DNA from: a virus
Lineage: Duplodnaviria > Caudoviricetes
IMG/VR virus record: IMGVR_UViG_3300028380_000013
Span: 2,008 to 66,007 of that record
Direction: 5' to 3' (one strand)
Length of the DNA stretch: 64,000 nucleotides
The translations under genes and the position numbers were made by a program. Numbering within the stretch: the stretch's first letter is position 1; the number at the start of each line of letters is the position of its first letter. Positions 1-9,203 of the stretch are shown piece after piece. Under the pieces are notes generated by a model that searched no databases, was not told the DNA's origin, and saw only the letters and a list, made by a program, of their open reading frames with translations.

Positions 1-101
1 TGTTTGGCGTTTCGGTCGGCTGCATCATCACGTCAACTACGCTGGCTTTCGCAACAATCGTCTAAAGTTGCGAACTGACGTCGTGCTCTCGTCACAAGCG
101 A

Positions 102-674
102 ATGAGTACGGTATGGAACTTGTTACCGCATCGCGAGATGCTGTTGCTACAAAGGTTCTCTAATATGGCTGCTACGTTTGCGGATACACAGCAACATGCG
201 ATTGTTACTCGTCAAACAAAAGTAGCGCAGTTGCGTTTGGCGGGAGTTACGAACCAGAATCGTATTGCAAACATTCTGCAAGTTGATCAGCGCACCATAT
301 CAGCAGACTTTGCGGAGATAGATCGCTTCTGGCGCGAAAAAGCTGCGGTTGATATCGCTTCTGCAAAGGGGCAGGATATCGAACGATGCGAACGACTGAT
401 CGCCGCTATCTGGGAAGAAGCGATCAAAGGCAAACTCGCTGCGATCAAGATGGTTGTTACGCTGATGGAGCGGCGTGCGAAGTTGCTTGGACTCGATGCG
501 CCAATCACTGTCAACGTCGTGCAGGACGAAGCGCGCAGACTTGCTGCGGAATTCGGGCTAGACATTGCGGAAATCCTGTCCGAAGCGCAGCGTATCGTAT
601 CGATGCCGCAAACGCTCGAACTTGCAGCGGTGAATATGGCGGGGCCGGAACCGAAGATTGAGGAATTCGAGTGA
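102..674 (+). CDS. terS: terminase small subunit (probable start 165)
   Basis: Directly upstream of and overlapping TerL; N-terminal HTH-like segment; RRAKLLGLDAP motif; AAAGG before ATG 165. Confidence 0.75.
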   Translation: MSTVWNLLPHREMLLLQRFSNMAATFADTQQHAIVTRQTKVAQLRLAGVTNQNRIANILQVDQRTISADFAEIDRFWREKAAVDIASAKGQDIERCERLIAAIWEEAIKGKLAAIKMVVTLMERRAKLLGLDAPITVNVVQDEARRLAAEFGLDIAEILSEAQRIVSMPQTLELAAVNMAGPEPKIEEFE

Positions 675-2155
675 GTGTGTCCGTTGCTTCGGGCTTGACT
701 GTTGCATCGGTGCAGATGGCGGCACTACGCTTAGCCGTGCGCCGTAAGATCGAGCAGCAGAAGCAACAGGAGAGCAGGGAACCGGAAGCGCAATCGGCGC
801 TCGAATGGTCCCGCCGTTACGGGCTTTTCAGAACTGCTGATAATCGCATTCTGCAATACCGCAACGTCGAACGCCCGTACCAAACGAAGCTGCTCACCGA
901 TCGCTCGAAACGTATCATCGTCGCGAAGTCTCGTCAGATCGGCGTGTCGAATACGATCGCGTTTCGCGCAGCGTATGAGGCTTCGGTGCTCGGTGGTACG
1001 GTGTTGATCGTGTCGAAGTCGCTCGAACAAGCGGTACAGTTCTTGCGCTACGTGTACACCGCGCTCAATAACTCTCCGCATCCGTCTTACGCGAGACGTT
1101 CGCTCACCAATCTCGAATTCGTAAACGGCGGGAGCATACTCGCGCAAGCGTCAACGGATAAAGCCGGTCGCGGTACGCCCGCATCGCTCGCGATTCTCGA
1201 TGAGTACGCATGGCAAGAGTACGCACGCGAGACGATGACTGGCATTATTCCCACGCTTGCCACGACGAACGGCACACTAATCGTGCTGAGCACACCTAAC
1301 GGTCAAGGTGAGCCGTTCCACGAGACGTGGAGCTACGCGCAGACAGAAGAAGGCAAGCGTATCTGGTCGGCGCACTTTTTGCCGTGGCAAGTCAATCCAG
1401 ACTGGGACGACGTTTGGGCCGCACGCACGCGCAAGGAGATGGGCGTTCGCGAGTTTGCGCAAGAACACGATGTGGACTTCCTACTTTCGGGCTTGAATGT
1501 CTTTAGCTCAGCGCAGATCGAAAGTTTATGGAAACTGCCTAACGAGTACGTCAATCCCGAAACCGGAAACTTTATCATGCCGGTTGAGAAGGGACATAGA
1601 TACGTCTCGGCGTTCGATATCGGTCGCAAGCAAGACCCGTTTGTGGGTTTCACGTTCGACATTACCGAGAACCCTTTCCGCGTTGTCGCCTACGAACGTT
1701 TCGAGACGATGGACTATCCCGATCAAGCTGAGCGCATCGACTCGCGCTATCGTCATTTCATGGGCCACGTTCGCGATGAGCACGTTCCCGCGCATTGGAT
1801 CATGAATCCGAACATGCTCAGCGACTACGATAAGCCGACGCATAAAGTTTCGGTCGAATCGAACGGTGTCGGTGATCCGTTGATCCAATTCTTGTCCGTG
1901 CCCGTGCGCGAATTCACCACGACCGCGCTGACGAAGAAGAATGCGATCGACGCGCTCGCGTTGCTCATGCAACAGGGTGAGCTTATCGCCCCGCTCATTC
2001 CGCAATGGAAGCGCGAGCTAACGGTGTATGTGCGCGCAGACGAGAAGTTGGTACAGGATACCGTGATGGCTTCCGCAATCTGTGCGCTCGAATCTGGTCG
2101 CCCGTTCGTGCAGCGCGTAGAAACCCTGCCACCGAGCGTGTTCTATTCGGGGTGA
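671..2155 (+). CDS. terL: terminase large subunit
   Basis: Walker A-like KSRQIGVS, Walker B LAILDE, coupling motif STPNG, RNase H-like AFDIG and ESNGVG. Confidence 0.95.
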   Translation: MSVSVASGLTVASVQMAALRLAVRRKIEQQKQQESREPEAQSALEWSRRYGLFRTADNRILQYRNVERPYQTKLLTDRSKRIIVAKSRQIGVSNTIAFRAAYEASVLGGTVLIVSKSLEQAVQFLRYVYTALNNSPHPSYARRSLTNLEFVNGGSILAQASTDKAGRGTPASLAILDEYAWQEYARETMTGIIPTLATTNGTLIVLSTPNGQGEPFHETWSYAQTEEGKRIWSAHFLPWQVNPDWDDVWAARTRKEMGVREFAQEHDVDFLLSGLNVFSSAQIESLWKLPNEYVNPETGNFIMPVEKGHRYVSAFDIGRKQDPFVGFTFDITENPFRVVAYERFETMDYPDQAERIDSRYRHFMGHVRDEHVPAHWIMNPNMLSDYDKPTHKVSVESNGVGDPLIQFLSVPVREFTTTALTKKNAIDALALLMQQGELIAPLIPQWKRELTVYVRADEKLVQDTVMASAICALESGRPFVQRVETLPPSVFYSG

Positions 2156-2230
2156 CACGCCTATCCGCATCGTGCGTATCTACTATCGCAGATATCGTGT
2201 CTGCTATAGCATATAAGGAAGGGTAGCACG

Positions 2231-2344
2231 ATGATTCACACCGCCGATCCGCTGACGTGGGCCGTACTGGTTGTTATTCTCTTCACTGTTGTTGCGGTTT
2301 TCGTGATCGGAGACACGATACGCAACACGACACGAAAGGACTAG
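2231..2344 (+). CDS. 37-aa single-pass membrane peptide
   Basis: Hand translation MIHTADPLTWAVLVVILFTVVAVFVIGDTIRNTTRKD; AAGGAAGG RBS. Confidence 0.55.
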   Translation: MIHTADPLTWAVLVVILFTVVAVFVIGDTIRNTTRKD

Positions 2345-2348
2345 CTCG

Positions 2349-2447
2349 ATGGATGCGCTTATCCACGATCCTCATTTCTGGGAAATCATCATGCTTATCG
2401 GGCTGTACATCCTGTGGGTGTTCAGTTGGCGACGTCCCCGGCTTTAG
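2349..2447 (+). CDS. 32-aa single-pass membrane peptide
   Basis: Hand translation MDALIHDPHFWEIIMLIGLYILWVFSWRRPRL; AAAGGA RBS. Confidence 0.5.
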   Translation: MDALIHDPHFWEIIMLIGLYILWVFSWRRPRL

Positions 2448-2489
2448 TCCGTCGCCGTGCGCGATCACTGTCGATAGAGAGGCGCGAGA

Positions 2490-4154
2490 ATGCCGCAAGA
2501 ACTATTCGATAAGCTAACGCTGAAAGCTGTTACCGATGCGGTAGCGGCGCAAGCTCCGTCCGATCTGGCGTTAGCTGCTCGCGCTTACTACGATGGCGAT
2601 CACTGGCAGAACGGCGACGGATGGATCGGCGCTCGCCCGCCTGCCGGTAGCACGCAAGCTGCAACAGCGATGGCGTTGATCGAATCTGCTTTCGTTTCTG
2701 AGAACGTGATACGCGAAATAATCGAGCGACACAAGGCGGGCATTCTCGGACGCGAGCCGCGTTGGTCGTTCGTGCCGGTGCGCCCGTTAGAAGATGGCGA
2801 AGCGCCGAACCCGAGCGAGCAGGAGCGCATAGACGAGATCGAAGCGGCGCTAACCGAATGGTGGGACGATCGTCGCCCGCACGCGCTGTTACAAGATGCG
2901 TTGATCACTGCGTTACTCGGTGGCCGCGCTTCGCTGCGCATCTTCGTTCCTGCCGATCTGCGCTCAGAAGATAGTACGATTCAAGTTGACGAAGGAATAG
3001 CAGGAGCGCTGCAATTCATCTACGTTGACACGCCCGATCCGACGACTGCTGCGGTGCTCATCGATGAGAACAGCCGCGATCAAGTCGGCGCGTTTCTGCG
3101 CACGCTCTATCCCGAATCGTCGTTTATGGGAGTGACACCGAGTGGTGCCGGTACGCAAGTTGCGGAAATAACATATGTCAATGACGATGGTACGACCGCG
3201 TTGCGTATCATCGACTCGTCATCGGTGATCGATGAGGCGAATCCGCCGCTCGCTCTCGCTCGTCACATCACGCAGCGCGACTTGATACGCAAGCCGATGA
3301 TCACGAGTCAGGTGATACAATTACAGAAAGCGCTCAATCTTACGCTAACGCAGATGCTCCGAAACGTCAATCTCGCCGGTTCGCTCGAACGCATCATGAT
3401 CAACGTGATGCCTCCTGGCGAGTATGTCGATACGGCGGGTAAGCCCTACGTGCAAGGTGTGAGCACCGGAGCGCGTGTGTTCAAGCCACAGAACATGCCG
3501 ATCGGCGCGGGTATGTCTGCGTTTCTGCACGGACAAGAACTGAAAGACGCAGAGGGCAACGTTACGGGTTACGCGAACGGCTCGGTGAACTACCATGATC
3601 CTTCGCCGGTCGATACGTTCGTAGCAACGCGCGACACGCTCTATGGCGCGATGCTTGGTCAGGTGCAGCAGTTGCACGCGCTGATATCCGGCGATGCTAC
3701 CGCATCGGGCAAGTCGCGGATTCAAGCTCGCGCGGAATTCGAAGCGTCGTTGGGCGAGAGTAGCGAGCCGTTAGGTGATCTGGGCCGATGGCTGCTCGAA
3801 ACAGTCGCCGCGCTCGCAGCGATTTTCGCGAAACAGCCCGATCGCTACATCGACTTGCGTTGCGAGTTTCAGCCGATTGTGGACGCGGGACCGCTCGCAG
3901 CAGATGAGCGACAAGAGATCGTCAACGAATTTGAAAAAGGTGTGTTCTCGCACGAGACGACACTTTCCCGACTTGATAGCGATGACGTGGACGCCGAACT
4001 CGCGCGAATCGAAGCGGAAGAGCTTGCTAGCGCTACATCTATGCTCGGTCCTGTCGCGACTCAACCAGGGACGCCACCACGCGCAGGCGAGCTACCACCC
4101 CCCACACCGACTCCTGCTCCGACCGTTCCGCCGATCAAGAATGAGGCTGCGTAA
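2490..4154 (+). CDS. portal protein (SPP1-like)
   Basis: 554 aa after TerL; YYDGDHW start motif; C-terminal SHETTLSRL...VDAELARIEAE typical of portals. Confidence 0.9.
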   Translation: MPQELFDKLTLKAVTDAVAAQAPSDLALAARAYYDGDHWQNGDGWIGARPPAGSTQAATAMALIESAFVSENVIREIIERHKAGILGREPRWSFVPVRPLEDGEAPNPSEQERIDEIEAALTEWWDDRRPHALLQDALITALLGGRASLRIFVPADLRSEDSTIQVDEGIAGALQFIYVDTPDPTTAAVLIDENSRDQVGAFLRTLYPESSFMGVTPSGAGTQVAEITYVNDDGTTALRIIDSSSVIDEANPPLALARHITQRDLIRKPMITSQVIQLQKALNLTLTQMLRNVNLAGSLERIMINVMPPGEYVDTAGKPYVQGVSTGARVFKPQNMPIGAGMSAFLHGQELKDAEGNVTGYANGSVNYHDPSPVDTFVATRDTLYGAMLGQVQQLHALISGDATASGKSRIQARAEFEASLGESSEPLGDLGRWLLETVAALAAIFAKQPDRYIDLRCEFQPIVDAGPLAADERQEIVNEFEKGVFSHETTLSRLDSDDVDAELARIEAEELASATSMLGPVATQPGTPPRAGELPPPTPTPAPTVPPIKNEAA

Positions 4155-5953
4155 TGTCTGCTTCGCTGCAAGTCCCGCTGACGTCGCTCTTATTGCGCAC
4201 CGACGCGCAGATCGAGACGATGTACGGCCCCTACGTCAAAGGACTGGTGCAGCAGATACGCAAAAACGCGCGCTTTTTCCAGAATGGGACACCGCCTGAG
4301 CAGTTGATCGAAGCGCTCATACAATGGTCGAATAACGCACTAGGGCAGATTTACGGAAAGACTCTCGCGGAAGTCGAAGCGATGTACGAAGTGCCGGGAA
4401 CGATGGCGAACCTCACTGCGCAGTCGGTCAACAACGGGGCACGAGCCGGGATCGAGCCTGTACTTACGAACGCGCAGCGCGTGCTCCAAGCGGTACAGGC
4501 GGTAGGTGTGGGTGCGCCGACGTTCACTGAGATTATCCAGTTTCCCGATCTTGCGACGTCAAAAGATTGGATCGATCCTTCGGGAAACAAGCTCGCGCAG
4601 CGTATCTTGCAAGTCGGTCGCGATTCGAGCGGGCAGATAGAATCGGTGCTGCGTTACGAGATGAAAAACGGCATCGATCCTGATCTGCTGACGAAGAAAC
4701 TCCAAGCATTTCTCAGCACGCGCGGCGATAAGTCTCGCAAAGGTAAGCCGGGAGGATTTGACGGTATACATCAAGCGCGCAGATTGCTTCGCACCGAGAC
4801 AGCACGAGCGCACGGTATGGGCGTCGTTACTGCGAGCAGACTCGATCCGTACAACAAAGGCGTCAAGTGGAATCTTGGCTTTGCACACCCCGGTCCCGAC
4901 GAGTGTGATGCGAATGCGAGCAATGACAATTATTCGCTCGGTCGTGGTGTGTATCCCACGGGTAGAGTACCGACGTACCCGAATCATCCGAATTGTCTCT
5001 GTTTCTTGTCGAATATTACGACGTCTCCGAAGATTCTTGCGGAACGTGCCGCTCGTGTGCCCGGTCCCGATCTTACGCAATTGAGCACCGATGAGCTTGT
5101 GGAGCATGTTACCGGATTCAAACCGACAACAGCCGCACCCGCACCGTCTGCTCCGAAAGCCCCGAAACGTGTGAGTACGCCACGCTCAACGAAGAAAGCG
5201 GCAACACACTCCGTAGAGACATTGACCGATAAGCCTGCGCCAACTGCTGCGACGAAGCAATTAGTAGCAGCAGCGAAACCGCCGTGGCAACCTCCGACGC
5301 CGATCGAAGTTGAGAAGCGACGTCTAACGGGTATGGGTATCCACGATCCTGCGGAGATTCCCGCCGCATCGCTCGATGATGCTGCAAAGTATGCGCGCAA
5401 GTTGGGTATGTTCAAAGTAACATACGGCAAAGGCGCAACGCTGGATATGGCGAATCTTGCTAATTCTGGATTCTATCAATTGAAAATTCGAGGCATAGAG
5501 CCTCCACCGAACTTCTCGTTAGAAGCAGAGAATTTCACCGTGCGTGGTTTCAGCGCTCGATCAACTGCTGGCGAATACAATTTCGCTCAGCGAACCATGC
5601 GTCTCAATCCTAAATCGGACGTTATGCGAAATCCGAAAGAGATGATGGCAACGCAAGCGAAGTACAACAATTGGTCAAGCTCCGATGTGCATCACATCAT
5701 CTATCACGAAGTCGGGCACAAGGAACATCAGAGTTTCGCGGGAAATGCTGTGTTGAGCGATCTACAGAAGAAGATACGTCCGTATTATGATCCGAACATC
5801 TCGCCAAAAGTGCGGAAAGAAGTCTCGCAATACGGTATGACGTCGCCGCTAGAGTATGTCGCAGAAGTGTTCGCGGGACACATCGCGGGCAGAAAGTGGA
5901 GTCAAGAAGTGCTGAACGGTTATTATTATTATCGTGGTCCGAGGTTGCCGTGA
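4154..5953 (+). CDS. MuF-like minor head protein with C-terminal HExxH metallopeptidase-like extension
   Basis: RLLRTETARA...C...HPNCLC MuF core; Pro/Ala/Lys linker; HEVGH and EYVAEVF in the C-terminal domain. Confidence 0.8.
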   Translation: MSASLQVPLTSLLLRTDAQIETMYGPYVKGLVQQIRKNARFFQNGTPPEQLIEALIQWSNNALGQIYGKTLAEVEAMYEVPGTMANLTAQSVNNGARAGIEPVLTNAQRVLQAVQAVGVGAPTFTEIIQFPDLATSKDWIDPSGNKLAQRILQVGRDSSGQIESVLRYEMKNGIDPDLLTKKLQAFLSTRGDKSRKGKPGGFDGIHQARRLLRTETARAHGMGVVTASRLDPYNKGVKWNLGFAHPGPDECDANASNDNYSLGRGVYPTGRVPTYPNHPNCLCFLSNITTSPKILAERAARVPGPDLTQLSTDELVEHVTGFKPTTAAPAPSAPKAPKRVSTPRSTKKAATHSVETLTDKPAPTAATKQLVAAAKPPWQPPTPIEVEKRRLTGMGIHDPAEIPAASLDDAAKYARKLGMFKVTYGKGATLDMANLANSGFYQLKIRGIEPPPNFSLEAENFTVRGFSARSTAGEYNFAQRTMRLNPKSDVMRNPKEMMATQAKYNNWSSSDVHHIIYHEVGHKEHQSFAGNAVLSDLQKKIRPYYDPNISPKVRKEVSQYGMTSPLEYVAEVFAGHIAGRKWSQEVLNGYYYYRGPRLP

Positions 5954-6192
5954 GCAGTACGAGAGCGCAACTAAAGAGTATTCAACAGCCGGGGATAACG
6001 CCGTCTCCGTGCCCGTTCTGTCAACACTTTCGTCCCACTGCGGATAATGAATATCCGGCGAAGTGTGCAGCTTTCCCCGATGGCATACCGGATGCGATTA
6101 TCACAGGTGTGAATCAACACCGTAGAGCATACCCCGGCGATCACGGACTGCGTTTTCTCCCGATCGTAGGGAGTCTCATGGATCGGAGCTAG
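5950..6192 (+). CDS. small Cys/His protein coupled to MuF (putative immunity/partner)
   Basis: GTGA overlap with the MuF stop; CPFCQH...CAAFPDGIP...HRRAYPGDHG pattern. Confidence 0.7.
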   Translation: MSSTRAQLKSIQQPGITPSPCPFCQHFRPTADNEYPAKCAAFPDGIPDAIITGVNQHRRAYPGDHGLRFLPIVGSLMDRS

Positions 6193-6193
6193 C

Positions 6194-6736
6194 ATGGCTA
6201 TCGTAGCGGGTGACATTCTCTATAAGCTGTCGATTCTCACGGGGAGCGCGGGCAACAGCGCTGCGCAACCCGATCCAAACGCGAGTCTCGGGAAGTACAT
6301 CAGTACGACGCAGCTTTCGGGAACACCGCTCAATAATCTTTTCGACAATGTGAGCGGTGATGAGAACGCGGCGAGCGAGGCTGAGTATCGCCTTATTTTC
6401 ATTCACAATGCGCACGCCACGCTCACGCTGCTCTCGCCCGTCGTCTGGATTTCTGCTGAGACAGCAGGCGGTGCGGTGCTCGCGATCTCTGTCGATACGA
6501 CCGCAGCGAGCGCGATCGGCTCAGCTTCCGCACAGGCGAAACAAGTCGTGGACGAGAACACCGCACCATCGTCGCAGACATTCTCCGCACCAACGACGAA
6601 AGGCACGGGGCTTGCACTTTCGGATATCCCGGCAGGACAGTGCAAGGGTGTGTGGGTACGACGCACCGCAGCGAACACAGCAGCGCTCGATAACGACGGC
6701 GGCACGCTGCGCGTTGAGGGCGACACGGCTGCGTAA
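6194..6736 (+). CDS. putative virion structural protein
   Basis: Ala/Thr/Gly-rich, beta-type 180 aa in the head gene block. Confidence 0.6.
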   Translation: MAIVAGDILYKLSILTGSAGNSAAQPDPNASLGKYISTTQLSGTPLNNLFDNVSGDENAASEAEYRLIFIHNAHATLTLLSPVVWISAETAGGAVLAISVDTTAASAIGSASAQAKQVVDENTAPSSQTFSAPTTKGTGLALSDIPAGQCKGVWVRRTAANTAALDNDGGTLRVEGDTAA

Positions 6737-6776
6737 CACTCTCGCGACGTGTTAGCGTTTACAGAAAGGCGCAGTT

Positions 6777-9191
6777 GTGGCCGTAGCCTTCGTGCGATCG
6801 TACTCGGGAGGTAACTCCGGGGCTACATCGGTAGTGACGTCAGCGAGCAGTCCCGCAGGAACGCCAGCGGCGGGTAACTTACTGCTCGCTTTCGTCGCTT
6901 ATCGCACTGTTACCGGCGTTACTGTCTCGGCGTCGGGATGGGCTGCGCAGACTGCGGTCGCGAACGGCACGGTAGGCGGTCACACGATCCTCTCGAAAAT
7001 GAGTAACGGCGCTGAGACAGCCGCGATGACGTTTCAACTTTCTGCGAACGTCAAAGCGGCTGTCTACGTGCTCGAATTCTCGGGAGCTTCGGAAACGCTC
7101 AAAAACGTGGTGGCGGGTGCGGTGAACTCGTCTGCTGTCGCTGCGCACACGGGCAGCGCGGTTGCTTCTCCGTTGTCGTCAGATTTCATTGTATTCTTCG
7201 ATCACAACACTGTATCCGATGCGGCGACGGTCAGCAGCAACGCGAGCGCGACACCGACGACAGGCTGGACGAATCTCAGCGCTGCTGCATCGACAGGCGG
7301 ATCGGCTACCACACGTAACCGCGCTGTCGCGAGTTATCAGAACGGGCGCACGGCGAGTACGACGCCTTCGATCACATGGTCCACCACCGTTACGGGCACG
7401 AAGCAGCAATTACAAGTCCAGAACAAGTTCGCGCCGAACACGCCGACGATCGCCGCCGAATCGAATATCACGGCGAGCGGCTTTCGCGCGAACTGGACAG
7501 CGGGAGCGATCGATAGCTCGCACGACGCTCCCGAAGCGTACTTGCTCGATGTGGCGACCGATTCCGGTTTCACGAGCATGGTGAGCGGGTACAACGGGCT
7601 GAACGTCGGTAATGTGCTGTTCAAAGACGCCACCGGGCTTGCCGACAACACTGCGTATTGGTATCGCGTGCGCGGTACAAATGTTGCGGGCACAACTGCG
7701 AACACGAGCGGCGAAGCTGTCACGACTGCAACGGCTACACCGACTGCACGAATCACGAGTGTAACCGAACGCACGATCAGCAAGGTCAGCGGGAAAGCTA
7801 CTTCCGTCGTGACATTCCGAACCGATTACGGAATCGATGCGTGGCGTGTTCGGTTGAACTCTACAACTGAGAGCAACGGAACGGCGGTAGACTCCGGTAC
7901 GACGCTCGCAGCGAACACCGATCAGACAGCGACGATCGACGCGAGCGCGGGCGCGCTCAATCTATCTGCGGGAGAATACTCGATACAAGTCTGGGTGCAA
8001 CGCAACAGCACATGGTATCGCGATCGTCCTCGCTATCGCTACGGTTTCTATCGCTCAGAACAATTGACACTCACGCAGAAGCAAACGGCGATAGCAGCGA
8101 ATCAGAAATGGATGGTGGTGCAAGCTTTCTGGGATCGCTTGCAAGCGACGAACGGCGGCGCGCTCTCAACGACAGAACTAGGCAACTTGCGCACGCAGAT
8201 CAATGATATCTATGATAACGGTGGCTATGTCATCTTTCAGATCGCGATGCAATATGCGCCTACATGGGTCGCAACCGGCGCTGTTCGTCACACCGATCAA
8301 TTCGGAGGAACTTTCACCGGGACTAACGAGCAGAATGTGTACGATTACGTGTTTTCAGCGACGATGCGCGGTTATCTCGACGACTTGATTACGAAAATCT
8401 TTACCACGCTCGATTCCGGCGTGCCGTACATCAACACCGCGAAGATCGAAGCGGTGCAAGTGGGCGGCGGATATTCGATGGAACTGCATTTTCCGCCCGA
8501 TGGTTACGACGGATCGACGCTCGCGAGCATCAAGTATTGGGGCTTTTCTGCACCGGCTCAGACAGGCACCGGACTCGTTGCCGATCAAGTCGTCTGTCCA
8601 TTGCCTTCCTATATACCGTTCGGCGGATCGAGCAACGACACTGACGACGCGACGTGGATCAACTGGTACGAAGATGCGCATACGCGCTATATGCTATGGT
8701 GGATCAAGCGTTTTCGCGACTATCTGCCGAGTGCAGAGATTTTCGTGTTGCACCCAAGCTGGGGCGTGCGCACCGATCGCTCGCTGCCGACGAACAAGAC
8801 CGATGTAACGTTTCGGCGCGAGTTAGCCGCAGGCACCGATTGGCCCCGACAAGTTGCCGCATATTCGTCGCTTGATCGCGTGTATCCGTGGTCAACATGG
8901 ATGAATGACAGTCGCGGCACGCCGTGGACAAATCCGAGCGATGCACCGCCGTGGGAAGCGTTGCGCGTGCTCGCCGCGACATACGGAAAAGCGTATTATC
9001 TGATGGGCGAACCGGCAGGCGGCGGTAACGCGAATACGGATATGGATCGCATTTTCACCGACGCTGTACAAGGTGCGATGTTGAATGGGTATCTAGGCTG
9101 TATCTGGGTCGATTACGCGGGACTTGTCGCCGGTACTACAGGTACGCTCGCGAACTTCACGACGCGAACGACAGTAACGCTACCTTCTTAG
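6777..9191 (+). CDS. virion appendage protein: Thr/Ser-rich N-terminus, FN3 domain, Ig-like domain, glycoside hydrolase TIM barrel
   Basis: FN3 signature (ITASGFRANW...YLLDV...GLADNTAYWYRVRG); C-terminal 370 aa with WDRLQ, YAPTW, GGGYSMELHF, LMGEP resembling clan GH-A. Confidence 0.7.
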   Translation: MAVAFVRSYSGGNSGATSVVTSASSPAGTPAAGNLLLAFVAYRTVTGVTVSASGWAAQTAVANGTVGGHTILSKMSNGAETAAMTFQLSANVKAAVYVLEFSGASETLKNVVAGAVNSSAVAAHTGSAVASPLSSDFIVFFDHNTVSDAATVSSNASATPTTGWTNLSAAASTGGSATTRNRAVASYQNGRTASTTPSITWSTTVTGTKQQLQVQNKFAPNTPTIAAESNITASGFRANWTAGAIDSSHDAPEAYLLDVATDSGFTSMVSGYNGLNVGNVLFKDATGLADNTAYWYRVRGTNVAGTTANTSGEAVTTATATPTARITSVTERTISKVSGKATSVVTFRTDYGIDAWRVRLNSTTESNGTAVDSGTTLAANTDQTATIDASAGALNLSAGEYSIQVWVQRNSTWYRDRPRYRYGFYRSEQLTLTQKQTAIAANQKWMVVQAFWDRLQATNGGALSTTELGNLRTQINDIYDNGGYVIFQIAMQYAPTWVATGAVRHTDQFGGTFTGTNEQNVYDYVFSATMRGYLDDLITKIFTTLDSGVPYINTAKIEAVQVGGGYSMELHFPPDGYDGSTLASIKYWGFSAPAQTGTGLVADQVVCPLPSYIPFGGSSNDTDDATWINWYEDAHTRYMLWWIKRFRDYLPSAEIFVLHPSWGVRTDRSLPTNKTDVTFRRELAAGTDWPRQVAAYSSLDRVYPWSTWMNDSRGTPWTNPSDAPPWEALRVLAATYGKAYYLMGEPAGGGNANTDMDRIFTDAVQGAMLNGYLGCIWVDYAGLVAGTTGTLANFTTRTTVTLPS

Positions 9192-9203
9192 GAGCGGCGC
9201 AGT

